Positions 1 to 12,959 of a DNA stretch of 64,000 nt are shown here, piece by piece. Within the stretch, counting starts at the first letter, position 1; each line of letters begins with the position of its first letter. The translations under genes and the position numbers were made by a program. The DNA comes from Eledone cirrhosa (lineage: Eukaryota). The DNA is taken from NCBI GenBank assembly GCA_964016885.1, contig CAXHJY010000971.1:1-64000 (forward strand), written 5' to 3'. Below the pieces are notes generated by a model. That model saw nothing but the letters and a program-made list of their open reading frames with translations. It was not told the DNA's origin and searched no databases.

Positions 1-255
1 AAAACTTTCAGTGGAGATGGTCACGGTTGGATTTCAATCGTCAGCAGAGCTCAACAGAAACCAGGGCTACCACAGTATTATAATCCGAAAAGGGAATTCT
101 AAAACTGGCTAGTTCGCCATCATGCGTGATTATGAAAACGCACAAGAGGAAAAACGGGGCTAGTGACGTCAGGATGAAAGTGAATGTTTATTTACAAGAA
201 ATAGCAGTCAAATACATTCTGAAAAAACTTTACAATACTGAAAAAAACTCTACTC

Positions 256-1500
256 TATATGTATATATATGTATATATATATGTGTATATATATGTATAT
301 ATATATATATGTATATATATATGTATATATATGTATATATATATGTATATATATGTGTATATATGTGTATATATATATGTATATATATATTTATATATAT
401 GTATATATATATTTATATATGTATATATGTATATATGTATATATATATATGTATATATATATATGTATGTATGTGTATATGTATGTATGTATGTGTATAT
501 ATATATGTATGTATCTATGTATGTGTATATGTATGTATGTATGTATGTATGTGTATATATATGTATATATGTATGTATATATATGTATATATGTATGTAG
601 GTGTGTATATATGTATATATGTATATATGTATATATATGTATATATATATATGTATGTAAGTATGTATATATGTATATATATGTATATATATATATATAT
701 ATGTATGTAAGTATGTATATATGTATATGTATGTATGTATATATATATGTGTATATGTATGTATATATATATATGTATATGTATGTATGTATATATATGT
801 GTATATGTATGTATATATGTATATGTATGTATGTATATATGTATATGTATGTATGTATATATATGTTTATATGTATATGTATGTATATATATATGTATAT
901 GTATGTATATATATATGTATATATGTATATGTATGTATGTATATATATATATATGTATATATGTATATATCTGTATATATATACGTATGTATGTATATAT
1001 ATATGTATATATGTATATATATGTATATATATATATGTATGTATATATATGTATATATATATATGTATGTATATATATATATATGTATATATGTATATAT
1101 ATGTATATATGTATATATGTATATATGTATATATATATATATGTATATATATGTATGTATATATGTATATATGTATATATATATATATATGTATATATGA
1201 ATATATATGTATATATATATGTATATATATATATGTATATATGAATATATATGTATATATATATATATGTATATATGTATATATGTATATATGTATATAT
1301 GTATATATATATATATGTATATATGTATATATATATATATGTATATATGTATATATGTATATATATATGTATATATGTATATGTATATATATATGTATAT
1401 ATGTATATATATATGTATATATGTATATATATATGTATATATATATATGTATATATATATGTATACATATATGTATATATGTATATGTGTGTATATACAT
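256..1500. repeat. (TA)n/(TATG)n compound microsatellite
   Basis: Almost pure TA/TATG/TATATG tract; source of the spurious YI/MY-rich ORFs. Confidence 0.97.
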
Positions 1501-1754
1501 CACTCAGTCAAACAACCAGATTTCAACCCCAACATCTACAACAACAACAACACCGGCACTAATGTTTACAGCAACAACAGCTTCAGAATGAACTGAAATG
1601 AACATTTACAACAATTACAACAACAACAACAACAGCGGCATCAAAACATAAAAAAAGGAAGGGAAAAGAAAAAAGAAAAGGGAAGGGGAAAAAAAAAAAA
1701 AAAAAAAAAAAAAAAGGGAGAAAAAAAGAAAGGAAAAGAAAAACTCAAAATAAC

Positions 1755-1795
<41 letters not shown>

Positions 1796-1914
1796 CAGAA
1801 CAACAACATCAACTGCCACCACCGCCACCGCCGTCGCCATCACCATCACCAGCGACCTTAAGAACAACTTTAATAATAATTTTTCTGCTTTTGGCACGGA
1901 TCCAGCGACTGGCC

Positions 1915-2016
1915 AGCGCATCACTGGTACTCTCTTTTGTTGACTCCGTGGAGAGCCATAACTCTATGCTGTAAAGCAATTATAGTAATACTGGACTGTA
2001 ATACGATCGGCTTCAA
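1915..2016 (-). mobile_element. tRNA-derived SINE fragment with an internal deletion relative to the copy at 7025-7153
   Basis: Matches 7025-7153 (gttgactccgtgg...gagccataactctatgctgtaaagcaat) and the actggtact...gttgac core seen in other SINE copies. Confidence 0.55.
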
Positions 2017-2249
2017 CTATACAAACTCTTGAAAGTCAACAGTTGACATAATCTGGTAATCTTGTATCAGTAATGACGGTAATATATATATATATATGTG
2101 TGTGTGCGTGTAAGTGAGTAGAGTAGCGTGTGTGTGTGTTTGTTGTGTGTGTGAGTGTTGCTGTGTGCACGCATATGTATGCGTGTGTGTGTATGTCGTA
2201 CGTATAAGTGTCAATAAGTAATTTTTTTTTTTTTTTTTTTTTTTTTTTT

Positions 2250-2551
2250 GCGCGGGGACATAGAAATAATCGGGCTGGATGCCCGATCGCGCAGTTAAAC
2301 CACTGGGAGTGAAGAACCCCTAGCCCATGTCAGGGTATTCTTCTAGGAGAAGGCATCTCAGGAAACTGGGTTAACTCCGATATAAAACCTGCGGCTCAGT
2401 AGTTACCGATGATGTTGATCTTTTCTTCTTTTCGGGTTATAGCTACTGTCGCTCAGAGAGTGGATTGGTTCAGTGCACAGTCTTTCCTCACTTTAAAAAT
2501 ATTCGTCACGCACAGGCATTGCACGAGTGCATTAATAATTATTAATAGTGT

Positions 2552-2586
<35 letters not shown>

Positions 2587-2591
2587 TATTA

Positions 2592-2628
<37 letters not shown>

Positions 2629-5600
2629 CCAATTCAATGATGTTCCAGAACAATGTAAACGAGATAATTGCCAATTTGGGTTCTGGAACAAAAGAGATCA
2701 TTGGCAATAAGGGCAGGGGCCCCAAGTTATCACAACCTGGGCCCGCCCGTCATCGTGCCATTGTAATAGAGCCAAACAGGGCATTTAGTCTTGGCTGCTG
2801 GAACGTACGGACGCTGCTTGACGGGGATTCTTTGGAGCGTCCTGAACGAAGGACCGCTCTTGTTGCGAAGGAGCTTCGACGTTACGATCTTGACATCGTG
2901 GCTTTGTCTGAGACGAGGTTAGCTGGAGATGGTCATCTTGCGGAATTTTGTGGAGAATATACATTCTTCTGGAAAGGAAGAGATGAAGGAACCAGAAGAG
3001 AGGCTGGGGTGGGATTTGCTGTTAAGACTGTACTGGTGAATAAATTAGAAGAATTCCCAGTGGGGATTAGTGAGCGTCTTATGTCCATGAGAGTTCCGCT
3101 GGACAAGGGAAGATATGCTACCCTGGTGAGTGTGTATGCTCCAACTATGAATTCTGTCGATGAAGAAAAACTGTCCTTTTACCATGCCTTGAAAGGTGTT
3201 TTAAGAAATATCCCTCAGGCAGACAAAGTCATCGTGCTTGGTGACTTTAATGCTAGAGTGGGTAGGGATTTTAACACATGGAATGTAATCGGAAGGCATG
3301 GGGTGGGAAAGTGTAACAGCAATGGTATGCTCTTGCTGCAGATGTGTGAGGAGCTAGATCTGTGTGTTACCAACACCATGTTCCAACAAAAGAACAAATT
3401 CAAGACCACATGGATGCATCCTGCATCTAAGGAATGGCATCTTTTGGACTACGTCCTAGTCAGGATGCGTGACAGACAGGATGTGCAGTGTGTTCGTGTT
3501 CTTCGTGGAGCTGAGTGCTGGACGGACCACCGCCTGGTGCGCGCAAAAGTGAATCTAATCACCAAACGTAAAATCCGGGCTCCTGGTGTTACCCTGCCCA
3601 AAAGATTGAATGCTGCTCGTCTTAAGGATAAAAATGTGAAGAGGACATTGGAAGAAGAGATGCAGGCTGCAGATCTTGGTGAGGATTGGCCGACCCTTAA
3701 AAAGTCGGTTTATGATGTAGGCAGGCGTGTTCTGGGATTGGTGCAGAGAAAACATCAGGACTGGTTTAATGAGAATGATGTACATATAGAAGACTTGTTG
3801 GCTGATAAGAGGCGTGCTCTGTCACGCTACTTGACGGCAAAACCACAGGAGAGGAATACGTTGCATGAGGAGCTCAGGGATGTAAAATCACGTGTTAGGC
3901 GGAGTCTTTCTCAGATGAAGGATCAGTGGTGGAGTGAGAAGGCTGGTGAGATACAAACTGCGTCTGATTGCAATAACACAAAGCTGTTGTACAGTCTCTT
4001 GCGTGAGGTTTATGGACCGTCTTCTTCTCTGGTGACACCGATTCGCAGCAGGGATGGCAAAGAACTTCTTCGTGACTCACAGGGAATTCTACGAAGGTGG
4101 CGAGAGCACTTTGATGATCTTTTGAATCAGCCGTCTGTCGTCAGTGAAGATTTCCTCAATCTCATTCCGGAAAGTCCTGTGAAAGTAGCTCTCGCAGAAC
4201 CTCCGACACTTGTGGAGGTTGCAGTGGCTATTTCGAAGCTGAACAGTGGAAGATCTCCAGGTATGGATGGCATACATGCTGGGCTCCTACAATATGGTGG
4301 TGAGAGACTCCTGCAACATCTTCACTCTCTGTTTGGAAGGATATGGGCTAATGAATCCGTGCCTGAGGACTGGAGAGATGCAGTAATGGTGGTCTTGTAC
4401 AAGGGAAAGGGTAACAGGAATGATTGTGGGAACTACAGAGGTATATCATTGCTTTCTGTCGTGGGGAAAGTTTTATGTAGGGTGCTTCTGGACCGTCTGC
4501 TGACACACATTGCAGATTGTGTCCTTCCTGAAAGTCAATCTGGTTTTCGTGTTGGACGCGGCACTACTGATATGATCTTCTCAGCTAGACAGCTCCAGGA
4601 GAAGTGCATTGAACAGGGCTTGGATCTGTATCAGGTTTTTGTCGATCTGACAAAGGCTTTCGATACTGTCAACAGAGATGCATTATGGAAGATTCTCCAG
4701 AAACTTGGTTGCCCTGATAAGTTCCTTGCTTTAGTTAGGTCTTTCCATGACGACATGAGGGCTTGGGTTAATGTCGGAGGTAACATGTCGGAGCCTATCT
4801 CAGTAAAAAATGGAGTGAAACAGGGGGATATTCCAGCACCGACCCTGTTTGCCATATACTTTGCAATGGTTTTCTGTGTTGCATTCAGGAATTGCGAGCA
4901 TGGTGTTTACATCCGATATCGAACCTCAGGCAGCATATTTAACATCAGGCGCTTTGCTGCGAAGACAAAGGTATTTACATCGGTCATAAGAGACCTCTTG
5001 TATGCAGATGATTGCGATCTTGTAGCGCACACAGAGAGTGATATGCAGCACATTTTGAATGTATTTTCTGACGCTTGCACTGCCCTGGGTTTGACTGTCA
5101 GTCTCAAGAAAACCGTCGTCATGTACCAACCTGCACCTGGTAGGCAGTACACTGAACCAAACATCTATGTGTATGGCAAACGACTTGGAGTGGTTGATCA
5201 GTTTGTCTACCTGGGAAGCACTGTCAATCGATACGGCAACCTTGACAGTGAAATCTCACTTAGGATTAGGAAAGCAAGTGATGCTTTCGGAAAGCTAGAA
5301 AGGCGACTCTGGGGTCGGCGAGACATATGCAGGAGGACAAAGGTAAGGGTGTACAGGGCATGTGTACTCTCTTGTCTTCTTTATGCCTGCGAGACCTGGG
5401 TCACATATCGACGCCACCTTAGGCAATTGGAGCGTTTCCATCAGATGTGTCTCAGACGGATACATGGCGTTCGCTGGAGGGACCACATCAGTGATGTCGA
5501 GATTTTGGAAAGCTCTATGTGTGACAGTATAGAAGCTCTTGTGCTTAAGCAGCGACTCCGTTGGAGTGGTCACCTTGCCAGGATGAAGGATTCTAGAATA

Positions 5601-6190
5601 CCAAAACAACTCTTCTATGGAGAGTTGGTTAAAGGAAAACGACCGCCACATAAACCAAAAAAGAGGTATAAGGATTCCTTGAAGGCCTCTCTGAAAGACG
5701 CTAACATCTCTGCTGATACATGGGAAAATATTGCTGCTGATCGTAATAAATGGAGAAAGACTGTATATGAGGGAAAAGTTGCCTTTGAGGCATCTCGAAT
5801 CGCACACGAGAAAGTAAAGCGGGACGTGAGGAAGGGTATTGCTGTTGCACTTCCAGACGGCGAGGGTCCTCCTATGTTTCTGACATGCAGCGTCTGTGCG
5901 AGACTCTGCCTAAGCAAAGCTGGACTCGAAAGTCATCTTCGCAGTCATAAAGTAAGACCAGTGGTTGACTACCAGGCTGCTGTTGGAGATGCTACTCATC
6001 ATGCTTGCCAAACATGTGGTAGAGAATGTAAATCAGCAGGAGGACTCAAGCGACATGCAAAAGTACACGAACTCCAACCACAGCCGACTATTCCCAGTAA
6101 ATGTTTTGGTTGCCGACTCTGTGCAAGACATTTTAGATCATTGGCTGGGCTAAAAAGCCACATTCGATCGCAGCACTGTTAGTTGCTATC

Positions 6191-6228
<38 letters not shown>

Positions 6229-6307
6229 GCTTATGTGCGTGCGTGTGTGTGTATATATATATGAATATGTATATTATTGTTGTTGTTGTCGTTATTAATA
6301 TTATTGC

Positions 6308-6353
<46 letters not shown>

Positions 6354-6471
6354 GTTATTAATGTATGTGTGTATATATGTGTGAGTGTATGTGTATGTAT
6401 GTGTGTGTGTATATATGTATGTATGTGTATGTATGTGTGTGTATATATGTGTATGTATATATATATGTATA

Positions 6472-6504
<33 letters not shown>

Positions 6505-6540
6505 CTTTTCCCTTTTTTTTTTTTTTTTTTTTTTTTTTTC

Positions 6541-6614
<74 letters not shown>

Positions 6615-6653
6615 TGTGCAATGGCCATACTCGATAACGAGGGGGCAGCCATC
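2250..6653 (+). mobile_element. Full-length RTE-clade LINE, copy 1: 5'UTR, single ORF, microsatellite-filled 3'UTR, terminal motif followed by (TA)n
   Basis: GC-richer 5'UTR at about 2250-2410; intact APE-RT ORF; 3' motif gcaatggccatactcgataacgagggggcagccatc shared by all three copies. Confidence 0.9.
2637..6182 (+). CDS. RTE-clade LINE protein: APE endonuclease + reverse transcriptase + three C2H2 zinc fingers (~1181 aa from ATG 2637)
   Basis: APE motifs WNVRTL, ALSETR, VYAPT, GDFNA, LDYVLV, TDHRLV; RT motifs FVDLTKAFDTV, GVKQGD, YADD, YLGS; C2H2 at CSVC..H..H, CQTC..H..H, CRLC..H..H. The ORF track start at 2409 runs through a microsatellite, so ATG 2637 is the likelier start. Confidence 0.95.
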   Translation: MMFQNNVNEIIANLGSGTKEIIGNKGRGPKLSQPGPARHRAIVIEPNRAFSLGCWNVRTLLDGDSLERPERRTALVAKELRRYDLDIVALSETRLAGDGHLAEFCGEYTFFWKGRDEGTRREAGVGFAVKTVLVNKLEEFPVGISERLMSMRVPLDKGRYATLVSVYAPTMNSVDEEKLSFYHALKGVLRNIPQADKVIVLGDFNARVGRDFNTWNVIGRHGVGKCNSNGMLLLQMCEELDLCVTNTMFQQKNKFKTTWMHPASKEWHLLDYVLVRMRDRQDVQCVRVLRGAECWTDHRLVRAKVNLITKRKIRAPGVTLPKRLNAARLKDKNVKRTLEEEMQAADLGEDWPTLKKSVYDVGRRVLGLVQRKHQDWFNENDVHIEDLLADKRRALSRYLTAKPQERNTLHEELRDVKSRVRRSLSQMKDQWWSEKAGEIQTASDCNNTKLLYSLLREVYGPSSSLVTPIRSRDGKELLRDSQGILRRWREHFDDLLNQPSVVSEDFLNLIPESPVKVALAEPPTLVEVAVAISKLNSGRSPGMDGIHAGLLQYGGERLLQHLHSLFGRIWANESVPEDWRDAVMVVLYKGKGNRNDCGNYRGISLLSVVGKVLCRVLLDRLLTHIADCVLPESQSGFRVGRGTTDMIFSARQLQEKCIEQGLDLYQVFVDLTKAFDTVNRDALWKILQKLGCPDKFLALVRSFHDDMRAWVNVGGNMSEPISVKNGVKQGDIPAPTLFAIYFAMVFCVAFRNCEHGVYIRYRTSGSIFNIRRFAAKTKVFTSVIRDLLYADDCDLVAHTESDMQHILNVFSDACTALGLTVSLKKTVVMYQPAPGRQYTEPNIYVYGKRLGVVDQFVYLGSTVNRYGNLDSEISLRIRKASDAFGKLERRLWGRRDICRRTKVRVYRACVLSCLLYACETWVTYRRHLRQLERFHQMCLRRIHGVRWRDHISDVEILESSMCDSIEALVLKQRLRWSGHLARMKDSRIPKQLFYGELVKGKRPPHKPKKRYKDSLKASLKDANISADTWENIAADRNKWRKTVYEGKVAFEASRIAHEKVKRDVRKGIAVALPDGEGPPMFLTCSVCARLCLSKAGLESHLRSHKVRPVVDYQAAVGDATHHACQTCGRECKSAGGLKRHAKVHELQPQPTIPSKCFGCRLCARHFRSLAGLKSHIRSQHC

Positions 6654-7024
<371 letters not shown>

Positions 7025-7153
7025 TTTTGTTGACTCCGTGGGGATGAAAGGCAAGGTTGACCTCGGCGGGATTTAAGCTCAGAGCGTGGAGAGCCATAAC
7101 TCTATGCTGTAAAGCAATCATAATAATACTGGACTGTAATACGATCGGCTTCA
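7025..7153 (-). mobile_element. tRNA-derived SINE fragment
   Basis: Reverse strand reads ctgagcttaaatcccgccgaggtcaaccttgcctttcatcccc; same B-box and core as 22090-22150 and 27970-28030. Confidence 0.7.
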
Positions 7154-7402
7154 ACTATACAAACTTTTGAAAGTCAACAGTTGACATAATCTTGTAATCT
7201 TGTATCAGTAATGACGGTAATATATATATATATATACGTGTGTGTGTGTGTGTAAGTGAGTAGTGTGTGTGTTTGTTTGTATGTATTAGTGTTGCTGTGT
7301 GAGCGCGCATGTATGCGTGTGTGTTCGCGCTTATGTATGCGCGTGTGTATATGTCGTACGTATAAGTGTCAATAAGAGAGTTTTTTTTTTTTTTTTTTTT
7401 TT

Positions 7403-10400
7403 GCGTGGGGGACAGAAATAATCGGGCTGGATGCCCAATCGCGCAGTTAAACCACTGGGAGTGAAGAACACCTAGCCCTTGTTAGGGCATTCTTCTAGGA
7501 GAAGGCATCTCAGGAAACTGGGTTAACTCCGACATAAAACCTGCCGCTCAGTAGTTACCGATGATGTTGATCTTTTCTTCTTTTCGAGTTATATACTGTC
7601 GCTCAGAGAGTGGAATTGGCTCAGTACACAGTCTTTCCTTACTTTAAAAATATTCGTCACGAACAGGCATTGCACGAGTGCATTAATAATTATTAATAGT
7701 GTACTATTATTATTATTATTATTGTTACTATTATTATTACTTTTTTTTTTTTTTTTTTTTCTCAGTTCAATGATGTTCCAGAACAATATAAAAGAAGAGA
7801 TAATTGGCAAATTAGGTTCTGGACCAAAAATGATAATTGACAATAAGGGCACGGGCCCCAGGTTATCACAGCCTGGGCCCGCTCGTCATCGTGCCATTGT
7901 AATGGAGCCAAACAAGGCATCTAGTCTTGGCTGCTGGAACGTACGGACGCTGCTTGACGGGGATTCCTTGGATGTGCAGTGTGTTCGTGCTCTTCGTGGA
8001 GCTGAGTGCTGGACGGACCACCGCCTGGTACGCGCAAAAGTGAGACTAATCACTAAACGTAAAATCCAGGCTCCCGGTGTTGCCCTGCCCAAAAGATTGA
8101 ATGCTGCTCGTCTTAAGGATAAAAATGTGAAGAGGACATTGGAAGACGAGATGCAGGCTGCAGATCTTGGTGAGGATTGGCCGACCCTTAAAAAGTCGGT
8201 TTATGATGTAGGCAGGCGTGTTCTGGGATTGGTGCAGAGAAAACATCAGGACTGGTTTAATGAAAATGATGTACATATAGAAGATTTGTTGGCTGATAAG
8301 AGGCGTGCTCTGTCACGCTACTTGACGGCAAACCCACAGGAGAGGAATACGTTGCATGAGGAACTCAAGGATGTAAAATCACGTGTTAGGCGGAGTCTTT
8401 CTCAGATGAAGGATCAGTGGTGGAGTGAGAAGGCTGGTGAGGTACAAACTGCGTCAGATTCCAATAACACAAAGCTGTTGTACAGTCTCTTGCGTGAGGT
8501 TTATGGAACGTCTTCTTCTCTAGTGACACCGCTTCGCAGCAAGGATGGCAAAGAACTTCTTCGTGACTCACAAGGAATTCTACGAAGGTGGCAAGAGCAC
8601 TTTGATGATCTTTTGTATCAGCCGTCTGTCGTCAGTGAAGATTTCCTCAATCTCATTCCAGAAAGTCCCGTGAAAGTAGCTCTCGCAGAACCTCCGATGC
8701 TTGTGGAGGTTGCAGTGGCTATTTCGAAACTAAACAGTGGAAGATCTCCAGGTATGGATGGCAAACATGCTAAGCTCCTACAATATGGTGGTAAGAGACT
8801 CTTCCAACATCTTCCCTCTTTGTTTGGCAGGATATGCGCTAATGAATCCGTACCTGAGGACTGGAGAGATGCAGTAATGGTGGTCTTGTACAAGGGAAAG
8901 TGTAACAGGAATTATTGTGGGAACTAAAGAAGTATATCATTGCTTTCTGTCGTAGGGAAAGTTTTATGTAGGGTGCTTCTGGACCGTCTGCTGACACACA
9001 TTGCAGATTGTGTTCTTCCTGAAAGTCAATCTGGTTTTCGTGCTGGACGCGGCACTACTGATATGATCTTCTCAGCTAGTCAGCTCCAGGAGAAGTGCAT
9101 GGAACAAGGCTTGGATCTGTATCAGGTTTTTGTCGATCTGACAAAAGCTTTCGATACTGTTAACAGAGATGCATTATGGAAGGTTCTCCAGAAACTTGGT
9201 TGCCCTGATAAGTTCCTTGCTTTAGTTAGGTCTTTCCATGACGACATGAAGGCTTGGGTTAATGTCGGGGATAACATGTCGGAGCCTATCTCAGTAAAAA
9301 TTGGAGTGAAACAGGGCTTATTCCAGCACCGACCCCATTTGCCATATACTTTGCAATGGTTTTCTGTATTGGATTCAAGAATTGCGAGCATGGTGTTTAC
9401 ATCCGATATCGAACCTCAGGCAGCATATTTAACATCAGGCGCTTTGCTGCGAAGACAAAAGTATTTACATCAATCATAAGAGACCTCTTGTATGCAGATG
9501 ATTGAGATCTTGTAGCGCACACAGAGAGTGATATGCAGCACATTTTGAATGCATTTTCTGACGCTTGCACTGCCCTAGGTTTGACTGTCAGTCTCAAGAA
9601 AACCGTCGTCATGTACCAACCTGCCCTTGGTAAGCAGTAAATTGAACCAAATGTCTATGTGTTGGTAAACGACTTGGAGTAGTTGATCAGTTTCTCTACC
9701 TGGGAAGCACTGTCAATCGATAGAGCAACCTTGACGGTGAAATCTCACTTAGGATTAGGAAAGCAAGTGATGCTTTCGGAAAGCTAGAAAGGCGACTCTG
9801 GGGTCGGCGAGACATATGCAGGAGGACAAAGGTAAAGGTGTACAGGGCATGTGTGCTCTCTTGTCTTCTTTATGCCTGCGAGACCTGGGTCACAAATCGA
9901 CACCACCTTAAGCAATTGGAGCGTTTCCATCAGTTGTGTCTCAGACGGATCGATGGCGTTCACTGGAGGGACCACATCAGTGATGACGAGATTTTGGAAA
10001 GCTCTATGTGTGACAGTATAGAAGCTCTTGTGCTTAAGCAACGACTCCGTTTCAGTGGTCACCTTGCCAGGATGAAGAATCCTAGAATACCAAAACAACT
10101 CTTTTATGGAGAGTTGGTTAAAGGAAAACGACCGCCACATAAACCAAAAAAGAGGTATAAGGATTCCTTGAAAGCCTCTCTGAAAGACGCTAACATCTCT
10201 GCTGATACATGGGAAAATATTGCTGCTGATCGTAATCAATTGAGAAAGACTGTATATGAGGGAAAAGTTGCCTATGAGGCATCTCGAATCTCATACGAGA
10301 AAGTAAAGCGGGATGTGAGGAAGGGCATTGTTGTTGCACTTCCAGACGGCGAGGGTCCTCCTATGGTGCTGACATGCAGCGTCTGTGCGAGACTCTGCCT

Positions 10401-10829
10401 AAGCAAAGCTGGACACGAAAGTCATCTTCGCAGTCATAAAGTAAGACCAGTGGTTGACTACCAGGCTGCTGTTGGAGATGCTACTCATCATGCTTGCCAA
10501 ACATGTGGTAGAGAATGTAAATCAGCAGGTGGGCTCAAGCGAAATGCAAAAGTACACGAACTCCAACCACAGCCGACTATTCCCAGTGAATGTTTTGGTT
10601 GCCGACTCCGTGCAAGACAGTTTAGATCATTGGCTGGGCTAAAAAGCCACATTCGATCGCAGCGCTGTTAGATGCTATCGTGTGTGTGTGTGTGTGTATA
10701 GATATGTTTATGTGTGCGAGTATCTGTATATATATATATGTATATGTATATTATTATTGTTGTTGTCGTTATTATTATTGTTGTTATTATTATTATTATT
10801 ATTGTTATTAATGTATATGCGTGTGTGTG

Positions 10830-10884
<55 letters not shown>

Positions 10885-10983
10885 TTTTTTTATTATTATT
10901 TTCTTTTTTATGTATTTATTATTATTTCTTTTTTTTCTCTCCTCGTGCAATGGCCATACTCGATAACGCGGGGGCAGCCATCA
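7403..10983 (+). pseudogene. RTE LINE copy 2: 645-bp in-frame deletion of most of the APE domain, premature stops and frameshifts
   Basis: Co-linear with copy 1; GGA microhomology junction near 7970; TAA at 8925-8927; frameshift near 9317; same 3' motif at 10948-10983. Confidence 0.93.
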
Positions 10984-11001
10984 TATATATATGTATGTAT
11001 G

Positions 11002-11090
<89 letters not shown>

Positions 11091-11247
11091 GTATGTATAT
11101 ATATATATATATATGTATATGTATATATATATGTATATATATATGTATATGTATATATATATGTATATATATATATATATGTATGTATATATATATGTAT
11201 GTATATATATATATGTATGTATATATGTATGTATATATATATGTATG

Positions 11248-11287
<40 letters not shown>

Positions 11288-11325
11288 TATGTATGTGTAT
11301 ATATGTATGTGTATATATGTATGTG

Positions 11326-11365
<40 letters not shown>

Positions 11366-11369
11366 TATG

Positions 11370-11419
<50 letters not shown>
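10984..11419. repeat. (TA)n/(TATG)n microsatellite
   Basis: Seen directly. Confidence 0.95.
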
Positions 11420-11422
<3 letters not shown>

Positions 11423-11461
11423 GATATTAATAAATGGAAACTATATTTATAAAACCATATT

Positions 11462-11526
11462 TATTTCATTATACATATTTCAGGGATACCAAATTAAATT
11501 ATGGTATGCCTTCATCAGACAAAATA
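11462..11526 (-). ncRNA. Minimal type-I hammerhead ribozyme, family A
   Basis: UAUUUUGU-CUGAUGA-AGGCAUACCA..UGGUAUCCCU-GAAA-UAUGUA-UA/AUGAAAUA; 8-bp stem I and 10-position stem II. Confidence 0.8.
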
Positions 11527-12209
11527 CAATATATAACAGTTTTACAAATAAGCTTTGACGCACCCTTTTAAAATGCAACCATTATTTTTGGAAACCATCT
11601 GGATAGTGAATTGTTTATATTATTTTAATAAGTCTTAGTGTTAAGGACAAATAGAAAAAGTTTTGATTGCAGATATGCATAATTTTAACAGAATGTTAAA
11701 TGCATGAATGGTAATCGTATATATGAAGACATGAATGTTAATCATATATAATTATGTATATATACTGTGAACTTTTTATAACACAAGGAATGTATAGCAG
11801 TGATTAAGAGAAATCATTTGCGTTTTGTATGTCTATATTGTAGACCTGAGTAGATATAATTTCTATTTTCAGGACGTGTGTATATATATATATATATATT
11901 TGTCTATCTTTGCCGTAAAATAGTGGTTTCTCAAATTTTAGTATATTGATCTCAAGTTTTAAACTAAACATATAATCATTATTAAACAATGTTTAATTTC
12001 TCATATTATATATTTATATCCCATTCATGAATATTAATATTTATATTTTTATTATTCATTTCAAATAAATTGTTAACTCAACTTAATGACATGACGTAAA
12101 GTTTTCATTATCTCCCCCCTCTCTCTATATATTATTTCTCTCTCTTGAGTTTTTCTATCTGTCTGATGACTTGATATCTCTCTGTTGCTTTCCTCTGTTT
12201 TTCTTATTT

Positions 12210-12380
12210 CTTTCTTTTTTCTTTTTTCTTTTTTCTTTTTTCTTTTTTCTTTTTTCTTTTTTCTTTTTTCTTTTTTCTTTTTTCTTTTTTCTTTTTTCTT
12301 TTTTCTTTTTTCTTTTTTCTTTTTTCTTTTTTCTTTTTTCTTTTTTCTTTTTTCTTTTTTCTTTTTTCTTTTTTCTTTCT
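12210..12380. repeat. (CTTTTTT)n heptamer microsatellite
   Basis: Seen directly. Confidence 0.95.
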
Positions 12381-12634
12381 TTCCTCCTGTCTTTATTTAT
12401 CTCTCTCTTTTCTCTGCATGCATTTCTGTCTCTCCAATATTTCTCCACGTTTTTTTCTTTTTCTTTTTTCTCTCTCTCCGTCTTTTTTCTTTCTCTCCGT
12501 CTTTTTCTAATTGTCCTTAACACTAAGACTTATTAAAATAATATAAACAATTCACTATCCACATGGCTTCCAAAAATAATGGTTGCATTTTAAAAGGGTA
12601 CGTCAAAGCTTATTTGTAAAACTGTTATATATTT

Positions 12635-12699
12635 TATTTTATCTGATGAAGGCATACCATAATTTAATTTGGTATCCCTGAAATATGTATAATGAAATA
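12635..12699 (+). ncRNA. Minimal type-I hammerhead ribozyme, family A
   Basis: tattttat CTGATGA aggcatacca..tggtatccct GAAA tatgta TA atgaaata. Confidence 0.8.
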
Positions 12700-12843
12700 A
12701 GTATGGTTTTATAAATATAGTTTCCATTTATTAATATCGTATATCTACTCCAAATACTTGTCGAGTGCTTTATATCAGTTATAAAAATATTTACTTGTTG
12801 TATCCCAACAATTTTAAATAGAACTTTTGCATATATATATATG

Positions 12844-12928
<85 letters not shown>

Positions 12929-12959
12929 GTATGTATATATATATATATATATATATGTA

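Larger units (their letters stand above)
11420..12741. repeat. Inverted pair of a hammerhead-bearing repeat (arms 11420-11650 and 12511-12741) around a ~860-bp spacer
   Basis: Arms are near-perfect reverse complements (...cttagtgttaaggacaa / ttgtccttaacactaag...). Confidence 0.9.

Noticed and set aside
1-112. Possible GIY-YIG C-terminus (..ELNRNQGY..) at the window start
   Set aside because: Too short and truncated to support a call
126-1596. Long overlapping ORFs rich in Y/I/M/C/H/T (also near 6.2-7.1, 10.7-11.5, 18.2-19.0, 32.5-34.5, 39.2-40.3 and 46-54 kb)
   Set aside because: They are translations of stop-free microsatellites, open in many frames on both strands
2409-2636. N-terminal extension of the RTE ORF with poly-Leu/Phe, resembling a transmembrane segment
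   Set aside because: Encoded by (TTA)n and poly-T of variable length; the frame is not preserved in copy 2
3215-6153. Antisense and alternative-frame ORFs within the RTE copies
   Set aside because: Shadow ORFs with no motifs; they recur only because the copies are duplicates
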